Virus record (IMG/VR): IMGVR_UViG_3300014004_000001
Location: 124,001 to 153,095 of that record
DNA from: an uncultured virus (IMG/VR IMGVR_UViG_3300014004_000001)
Lineage: Duplodnaviria; Heunggongvirae; Uroviricota; Caudoviricetes
Direction: 5' to 3' (one strand)
Length of the DNA stretch: 29,095 nucleotides
In this document: in pieces, positions 23,953 to 29,095 of the stretch
Numbering within the stretch: position 1 is the first letter of the stretch
Layout: the number at the start of each line of letters is the position of its first letter
The notes under the pieces: model-generated
Seen by the model: only the letters and a program-made list of their open reading frames with translations
Database searches by the model: none
What the model was told of the DNA's origin: nothing
Position numbers and translations under genes: made by a program

Positions 23953-24278
23953 TATTCATTCTCCTCTGCAATACGATCTCTCACCCAATTAATCCTGTCC
24001 ACGTTCAGGTGACAGGCATCTGCATCTGACTCTAAAACATATGCATCGTAGTTCTCATTGAAAGGGAGTTCTTGACTCAACCCTTTATAGTGGAACTGTG
24101 CGTGCATCTCATCTGACAAGGTTGTTATAATGGGATTGAAGCCATCCCTGTGCACATAATCGAACAAGTTGGCACACAAACCCACACTTGGCAGAAACGG
24201 TCTGCCATAAGGAGCACCATTTTCAATCCATGCCAGATACTTTTTGTAAAACTTCATCAAGTCTTCACTTGTTTTCAT
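23952..24278 (-). CDS. GLC/PF/HxxxxRxxWV family member 5
   Basis: FYKKYLAWIENGAP, VGLCANL, EMHAQF, LPFN, CHLNVDRINWV. Confidence 0.8.
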   Translation of the reverse strand: MKTSEDLMKFYKKYLAWIENGAPYGRPFLPSVGLCANLFDYVHRDGFNPIITTLSDEMHAQFHYKGLSQELPFNENYDAYVLESDADACHLNVDRINWVRDRIAEENE

Positions 24279-24516
24279 TTAGCCACCTCGTCAGTTTTTC
24301 TTGCTCTTTGTTTGCGCGTTCTAAGCTTCTAAACTTTAAACAAAGGGAAAGAGTATCCATACCCATGCACAAGCTTTCATCTGAACTGTGCTCCCCGACC
24401 AACCAAAGAGAATATGTTTGAACATCTAACCCGTAGTTTCTGTCTTTCCATAATCTGACCCCAACAACATCAAAAGGCGCTTCCGCGACTAAAGAAAGAA
24501 ACCGATCTTTATTCAT
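24265..24516 (-). CDS. hypothetical protein
   Basis: GAGGT RBS, 83 aa. Confidence 0.7.
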   Translation of the reverse strand: MNKDRFLSLVAEAPFDVVGVRLWKDRNYGLDVQTYSLWLVGEHSSDESLCMGMDTLSLCLKFRSLERANKEQEKLTRWLNENK

Positions 24517-24517
24517 G

Positions 24518-24862
24518 TTACACCACCTCTACCACATGAATGGACACATCGTCACGGTAGTATTTATCATCCCCGTAAATCTGACCCAAACGTACACATG
24601 CGTCGTAGATAGAAAGGGCTGGGATCTGATAAGTTTTAATACTGCCGTTATCTTTTGTATATCGGATTTCGAAAAGACGCATCACGTTTTCAGTTACCAC
24701 CTGAAAAGTGGCGCAGCCCATTCTCAACTCAATAACACAGTCTGTTCCGTCATCACTATTGATCCAGTAGTAATCTACATCCTCGTCCGTATTTGTCACA
24801 GGGTATTGCTTACCAACAGTGAAATATGGAACGGAAGATGCTACGCACAAAAGTTTAGTCAT
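24518..24862 (-). CDS. TxGKxY module fused to a 22356-like domain
   Basis: ATG 24862 after AAGGAG; YFTVGKQY..SDDG. Confidence 0.75.
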   Translation of the reverse strand: MTKLLCVASSVPYFTVGKQYPVTNTDEDVDYYWINSDDGTDCVIELRMGCATFQVVTENVMRLFEIRYTKDNGSIKTYQIPALSIYDACVRLGQIYGDDKYYRDDVSIHVVEVV

Positions 24863-24891
24863 TTTTCTCTCCTTATTGTCTTGATGTGGTA

Positions 24892-24919
24892 AGCATACCA
24901 TACAGAAATCAGGTGTCAA
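24892..24919 (-). promoter_or_regulatory. sigma70-type promoter
   Basis: TTGACA-N16-TATGCT (TG extended)-N5-CATC. Confidence 0.7.
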
Positions 24920-24922
24920 GCT

Positions 24923-25123
24923 TTATCGACACAGATAGTTGTAACGATCTGCTTTATCCTCTGCTTCAGCAAAGTCAGCAATCAAGGAAGTTTTGAGTTC
25001 TTCCAACTCTTTCACCCAAGAGTCGTAATCGCTCTGTGTTTCCCCGATGGTTTGGAGAAAACAATCGTCGTAGCCGATAGACATGGCTAACTCGATAATA
25101 CGTTCCAGTTTTTCTTCCATCAT
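24923..25123 (-). CDS. hypothetical acidic protein
   Basis: AAGGAG RBS, 66 aa. Confidence 0.7.
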   Translation of the reverse strand: MMEEKLERIIELAMSIGYDDCFLQTIGETQSDYDSWVKELEELKTSLIADFAEAEDKADRYNYLCR

Positions 25124-25644
25124 TTCTCTCCTTCTACAGATTCTTGTTTAATATGATAATAGGCACCCCGTGCCAGATACACTTCGTGTTCTACATCGCT
25201 GATCGGGAACCCATCAGGATTGGAAAGTCCTTGCTCAATAGTGAGAATAAGGCTTCGCAAACTAAGAGCCAGCAATTCTATACGTGCTTCAAGCACACGG
25301 TTGTGTTTACGAGAAATATCGTAGTTGCACTGTGCTTCCTTCCATTGTTCGGTGGCATGTTCCGCTACACGCAGAAGAACAGCTTTCTCCTGTTCAGCTT
25401 TAGATACTTCCCAGTTCACAGAAGTGTCAGCAGGAACAAGAATGAAAGGTTCTTCTTTCTCTCCCACAACAGACCAACGCCCCAGCTTACTATCTTTCAA
25501 TGTATCCCACGCATAGTCCCCATCGTCACAAGTAAATCGGAATACCTCTCCTTCCTTGGCCTCCCATTCAGCCTCGTAAGTTTTACCAGTGGTAACAAAG
25601 GAATGTTTAGAGAGACTACAGTAAACAGCGAATACCTTGCTCAT
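25120..25644 (-). CDS. TxGKxY module fused to a helical/coiled-coil domain
   Basis: FVTTGKTY..CDDG..GRWSVV; GAGGAGG RBS. Confidence 0.8.
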   Translation of the reverse strand: MSKVFAVYCSLSKHSFVTTGKTYEAEWEAKEGEVFRFTCDDGDYAWDTLKDSKLGRWSVVGEKEEPFILVPADTSVNWEVSKAEQEKAVLLRVAEHATEQWKEAQCNYDISRKHNRVLEARIELLALSLRSLILTIEQGLSNPDGFPISDVEHEVYLARGAYYHIKQESVEGEK

Positions 25645-25886
25645 TCTACCTCCTCATTAGAAATTACAGACAAAGAGAGCGTAGCCAAACCTACAGAGAT
25701 TGCTCGCCCCTCATCAATAGCCTCGTTAAGCATATAACTTACCAAACTGGTAGTGGCAAAATCACCATCTTCAGTAAGGCGAAACACTTCTTGATCTGGT
25801 TCAGTGATGAAAGGCAGAAGGTATTCGTTCTTTGTGTTCAGGAAACGCACTACATGGAATAAACGGGTTTTATTTGCGTAAGGCAT
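25641..25886 (-). CDS. hypothetical protein
   Basis: ATG 25886 after AAGGAG (MPYANKTRL...). Confidence 0.7.
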   Translation of the reverse strand: MPYANKTRLFHVVRFLNTKNEYLLPFITEPDQEVFRLTEDGDFATTSLVSYMLNEAIDEGRAISVGLATLSLSVISNEEVE

Positions 25887-26151
25887 TCTTTCTCTCCTTT
25901 GCTTTTGGATACTCCCAGCCTTCTGGGAGATCTTCGTTAAGCATCCACTCAAAAGGCCAGCGACAATAGCTATGCCACTTTCCATCGAGATACAAGCAAT
26001 CTTCATCTACTGGTCCACAAGGGTTGATAACTACAACACACCCTTTTGCTCGCCAATATTGAACTATTTCGGGGTAAAAGCAAGAAACGTCGGTCCACTC
26101 CCAAATACGTTCATCATTCAGACGGTAGGCTGCTGGCAATATCTCTTTCAT
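25870..26151 (-). CDS. Trp-rich hypothetical protein
   Basis: GGAGG RBS, 93 aa. Confidence 0.7.
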   Translation of the reverse strand: MKEILPAAYRLNDERIWEWTDVSCFYPEIVQYWRAKGCVVVINPCGPVDEDCLYLDGKWHSYCRWPFEWMLNEDLPEGWEYPKAKERKNALRK

Positions 26152-26155
26152 CCGA

Positions 26156-26614
26156 TCAAACCTCCGTTAAAGAGAAGCGCCAATCTCGTCTATCCCCTTC
26201 CCCTAAATACCAGTAATCTCCAATCTCGGTAAGTTCAGCAGGAATTCGCCAAGAACGGGCACATTCAAGGACTTTTGGTTTGTGGTTGTAACCATAACGA
26301 TCACCGCTTGCATCTGTCGCAATATAATTCACAAATTCAGGAACATCAAAGGTTTCACCTTGATATTCTACACGCTTGAAGCCGTCTTCTACTTCTTTTG
26401 GTAAACCTTCCACCAGTAGAGCAAGAAGCTGAATGTGCGGACAAGTGAAATCTTGCCCTGGATAACGTGAACGGATATCTGTAAGCAGAGCGATCACCGC
26501 GTCTGCCAGATTTTGGTAATCTTCATACTTCACGAACGTCCCTTTTGTAGGATCATCCGAACACAGAAGCCAAGCGTCGTTCGGATTCACTCCATAGTGT
26601 TTAACTTTAGACAT
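26156..26614 (-). CDS. modular hypothetical protein
   Basis: GGAGGG RBS; GTFVKYEDY; VPEFVNYIATDASG. Confidence 0.8.
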   Translation of the reverse strand: MSKVKHYGVNPNDAWLLCSDDPTKGTFVKYEDYQNLADAVIALLTDIRSRYPGQDFTCPHIQLLALLVEGLPKEVEDGFKRVEYQGETFDVPEFVNYIATDASGDRYGYNHKPKVLECARSWRIPAELTEIGDYWYLGEGDRRDWRFSLTEV

Positions 26615-26694
26615 ACACCCTCCTATTCGTACATTAAGAAGCCCAAAATAATAATCAGGGCAGCGAAAATAATAATCTCTATCATATCACATTC

Positions 26695-26907
26695 TCACTT
26701 ATTCATGGAAGCAGGAAGAATCGAATGACACTTCCTACACACTTTCACTTTAACAAGATTATCACTACCTTCTGCGTAAATCAAAGCTTCTTTCAACTTA
26801 TTCCCACACGAACAATACTGTGTTAAGTCCAGAGGAACATCAAAAAGCCCATAATCACTCTCATATTGCTGTTCACACAACGAAATAACTCTTGTAAAGT
26901 AAGACAT
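26695..26907 (-). CDS. small Cys-containing protein
   Basis: CSCG...CRKC. Confidence 0.65.
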   Translation of the reverse strand: MSYFTRVISLCEQQYESDYGLFDVPLDLTQYCSCGNKLKEALIYAEGSDNLVKVKVCRKCHSILPASMNK

Positions 26908-26910
26908 TTC

Positions 26911-27066
26911 TTATCCTTCTGCTTGCTTAATTAATTCTTTACACCGTAAGGCAAACTCTTGTGTAGATTGGAAGTGGACGTAGGCTGCTGACCACTTCTG
27001 GAGTTCCTCTCTACCCAGGGCTATCAACTCTTCATCTGTAAGTTTCATAGCTTCTTGTATTGTCAT
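26911..27066 (-). CDS. hypothetical protein (51 aa)
   Basis: ATG 27066 after GAGGA; the longer track ORF overlaps 27071..27292. Confidence 0.65.
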   Translation of the reverse strand: MTIQEAMKLTDEELIALGREELQKWSAAYVHFQSTQEFALRCKELIKQAEG

Positions 27067-27070
27067 TGGG

Positions 27071-27292
27071 TTATTCCTCAACCACTTCCACATCCCAAGA
27101 GAAGAATACATAGTCACAACCTTCCCAAACATCATCTTCCAGGATCTCACAACCTTCCACTTTAGCCATCTCCTCTTGGGAAACGAAGAATGTTTGCAAA
27201 TCATCGCTGAAAAGGTGTGCTTCAACAACAAAAGGAAGTTGAACATTTTCAAAACCTACGTAGCCTGTAACATCGATAACTTTAATCTTCAT
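27071..27292 (-). CDS. hypothetical acidic protein
   Basis: AAGGAG RBS, 73 aa. Confidence 0.75.
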   Translation of the reverse strand: MKIKVIDVTGYVGFENVQLPFVVEAHLFSDDLQTFFVSQEEMAKVEGCEILEDDVWEGCDYVFFSWDVEVVEE

Positions 27293-27483
27293 GAGGGTTC
27301 TCCTTTATAAAGTAAACCTCTTAGTTCACATTCCGCAACCAATAGACGGTTGGCTTGATTGTCCATAGACACGTCTATCTCCACACTCCAAGCATTAATA
27401 TACACTTCGTTGATCTTTGCGTCAAGCATTTGTGCAACTAAAGCTACCGCTCCGGCGTACTCCAGTTTAATTTCTATAATCAT
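27289..27483 (-). CDS. hypothetical protein
   Basis: ATGA-coupled at 27480-27483. Confidence 0.7.
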   Translation of the reverse strand: MIIEIKLEYAGAVALVAQMLDAKINEVYINAWSVEIDVSMDNQANRLLVAECELRGLLYKGEPS

Positions 27484-27767
27484 TTGAGATGATCCCTTAC
27501 CCATTGGATACGGACAGCATTGAGATGAGAACCATCTTCCTTATACTCTCTCGCGTAATCATCCCAATCTTTATTGAACGGGAGTTCTGGGTCCAACCCC
27601 GCAGCTTCAAACTGTTTTGACATTTCATACAGCAAATCATCATCACAATAACCAAAGAAATAGAGATTAGTGCATAAACCCCATTCACGGCGGAAAGGAT
27701 TGCCGTCTGGCGCTCCCGCGTCCACCCAATCTGCGTAAGCTTGATAGAACTCTCGTAATGTTTTCAT
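27480..27767 (-). CDS. GLC/PF/HxxxxRxxWV family member 6
   Basis: FYQAYADWVDAGAP, WGLCTNL, EMSKQFEAAGL..LPFN, SHLNAVRIQWV. Confidence 0.8.
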   Translation of the reverse strand: MKTLREFYQAYADWVDAGAPDGNPFRREWGLCTNLYFFGYCDDDLLYEMSKQFEAAGLDPELPFNKDWDDYAREYKEDGSHLNAVRIQWVRDHLK

Positions 27768-28120
27768 CGTTTAATGTTCTCCATCAAAAATTTGATAGCC
27801 TCTGCCTGGTCTTGACGATGATCCAGATATTCTTTATCCCAATTTATATTGTAACCGCCCTGAATACAAGGGTGAATGACCCCACGAATCAGATCATAGT
27901 TATCAATTAGACGGATAACCTTAATATCATCGATCAGAATCCTCCAACCTGGCGGCAAATCTACAGGAACACCGAGAAACAGTGGCAGATCCTTAGCAGG
28001 TTCTTGATAAACAGCGATCAGGTCTTCCAGGGTTTCAATCAAAAGCTGTGCAGTAACAGACGGATTCGAGAGACTCGTGTAAGCGTTGCGCAGGTTTTCG
28101 TAGTAAGCTAATGTTTTCAT
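27764..28120 (-). CDS. hypothetical protein
   Basis: ATG 28120 after GAGGAG. Confidence 0.75.
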   Translation of the reverse strand: MKTLAYYENLRNAYTSLSNPSVTAQLLIETLEDLIAVYQEPAKDLPLFLGVPVDLPPGWRILIDDIKVIRLIDNYDLIRGVIHPCIQGGYNINWDKEYLDHRQDQAEAIKFLMENIKR

Positions 28121-28133
28121 TGGTTTTCTCCTC

Positions 28134-28406
28134 TTATTCAACGTTCCAAAAAACACCACGTTTATCTGTAATGTCTATACGATACTCCTCCCACATCTTA
28201 GTTACAAGAGGTCTTTTCACATAACCGTGAAAATAAACTTCAGAATGCACCCCGTAAGCTGTGTAATTGTCAACAGTCCCTTCTACCTTGAAGATCACCA
28301 TGTCTCCACCTAAAAATCTTTCAAAAACCAAGGTGAAACAGTCAAACTTAACAACGTCTCCCTCGAAGAGGGAGATATCTTTCACCTTACAGAAATGTCC
28401 GATCAT
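28134..28406 (-). CDS. hypothetical protein
   Basis: GAGGAGGG RBS, 90 aa. Confidence 0.75.
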   Translation of the reverse strand: MIGHFCKVKDISLFEGDVVKFDCFTLVFERFLGGDMVIFKVEGTVDNYTAYGVHSEVYFHGYVKRPLVTKMWEEYRIDITDKRGVFWNVE

Positions 28407-28415
28407 TTTCCCTCC

Positions 28416-28607
28416 TCAATACACATCACCTACAAACCAGATTTCTGGATCGCCATACTGATCCTTTTCGTAAGATTTGTAGACACTACAGCAATATTTC
28501 AAAACACCATCCACAAGGATTGTTGATCTTTCTTCTGGAATCTCTGTGATCTCCCCTTTACGGGTTTCGAAGATGGTATCACCGTTTTCAATTAGTCGGA
28601 TTCTCAT
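28416..28607 (-). CDS. hypothetical protein
   Basis: 63 aa in a tightly packed operon. Confidence 0.7.
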   Translation of the reverse strand: MRIRLIENGDTIFETRKGEITEIPEERSTILVDGVLKYCCSVYKSYEKDQYGDPEIWFVGDVY

Positions 28608-28608
28608 A

Positions 28609-28806
28609 TCATGCTTCCTTCAGTGCGATTAATGCGTTCACCAGATTATCAACACCTTGACCATCCAGTGCAATAACATCAAAGTTAAACCCTGTATCAG
28701 TTGGAACTTTACGTGTTATGGTGTAATAGTCCCCTTCATGACGTTGAACATACGCGTATGGGTAACTGGTGTTCGGATCATGTTTTACGCGAATAGATGT
28801 TTTCAT
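28609..28806 (-). CDS. hypothetical protein
   Basis: GAGGAG RBS, 65 aa. Confidence 0.75.
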   Translation of the reverse strand: MKTSIRVKHDPNTSYPYAYVQRHEGDYYTITRKVPTDTGFNFDVIALDGQGVDNLVNALIALKEA

Positions 28807-29095
28807 GTTTTGTTCTCCTCTTTAGTTGCAACACGGAACTTATTAGCTTCTCTCACCTGGAACATGAAGTCTTTCTTCTTCATAATCCCGATGGACATTT
28901 CATCCAGTTCTTCTGGATGGATCTGGAGATTACGGCGATCGGACAGGAACCAAGATTTCTCCCACCAGAAGCGTTGATCCTCCTCCTTGTGGTGCTTGTA
29001 TTCCTCTTTTTCTTTTTCTGTGAGGATCTTGAAGCGATTCTTTCCTTCCCAACGCATTGCTGTGTTAAAAGGAATACCGTTATCCCCATTATACA
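28803..29095 (-). CDS. hypothetical protein, probably 5'-truncated by the window edge
   Basis: frame of 28803..29057 stays open to the window end; no RBS before ATG 29057. Confidence 0.65.
   Translation of the reverse strand, partial: YNGDNGIPFNTAMRWEGKNRFKILTEKEKEEYKHHKEEDQRFWWEKSWFLSDRRNLQIHPEELDEMSIGIMKKKDFMFQVREANKFRVATKEENKT

Noticed and set aside
25144..25737. 197-aa + strand ORF and other + strand ORFs in the minus block (e.g. 14366..14821, 24515..24892)
   Set aside because: Overlap RBS-supported minus-strand genes; composition typical of antisense shadows
26622..26685. 20-aa hydrophobic peptide ORF (MIEIIIFAALIIILGFLMYE, minus strand)
   Set aside because: Fills the gap plausibly, but the RBS is weak and it is too short to support

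Overview
A 29-kb segment of a large, gene-dense, lytic-type dsDNA phage. Gene content and order (T4-type lysozyme, PhoH, HslV-like Ntn hydrolase, NinI-like phosphatase, SLOG protein, two DNA methyltransferases, Sir2) resemble rV5/PVP-SE1/CR3-like enterobacterial myoviruses; this is inferred from memory, not from a search. A + strand block (1-12845) converges at a bidirectional terminator (~12846-12880) with a - strand block of about 50 small accessory ORFs driven by repeated sigma70-type promoters (12915-29095). I saw no tRNA, CRISPR array or IS element. Most notable: (i) three tandem paralogous acidic mini-proteins all ending in W-x-x-S-S-x(0-2)-C-stop, directly upstream of a Pol-beta-like nucleotidyltransferase gene; (ii) six dispersed paralogues of one ~100-115 aa 'GLC...PF...HxxxxRxxWV' domain, with an intact serine recombinase among them; (iii) a ~285-bp intergenic region with divergent promoters, short repeats and a probable multi-branch antisense RNA; (iv) a shared N-terminal 'TxG(K/R)xY' module fused to different C-terminal domains; (v) promoters immediately followed by, or containing, terminator-type hairpins. 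Many ORF starts were moved to the RBS-supported codon. All family calls are motif recognition by eye.
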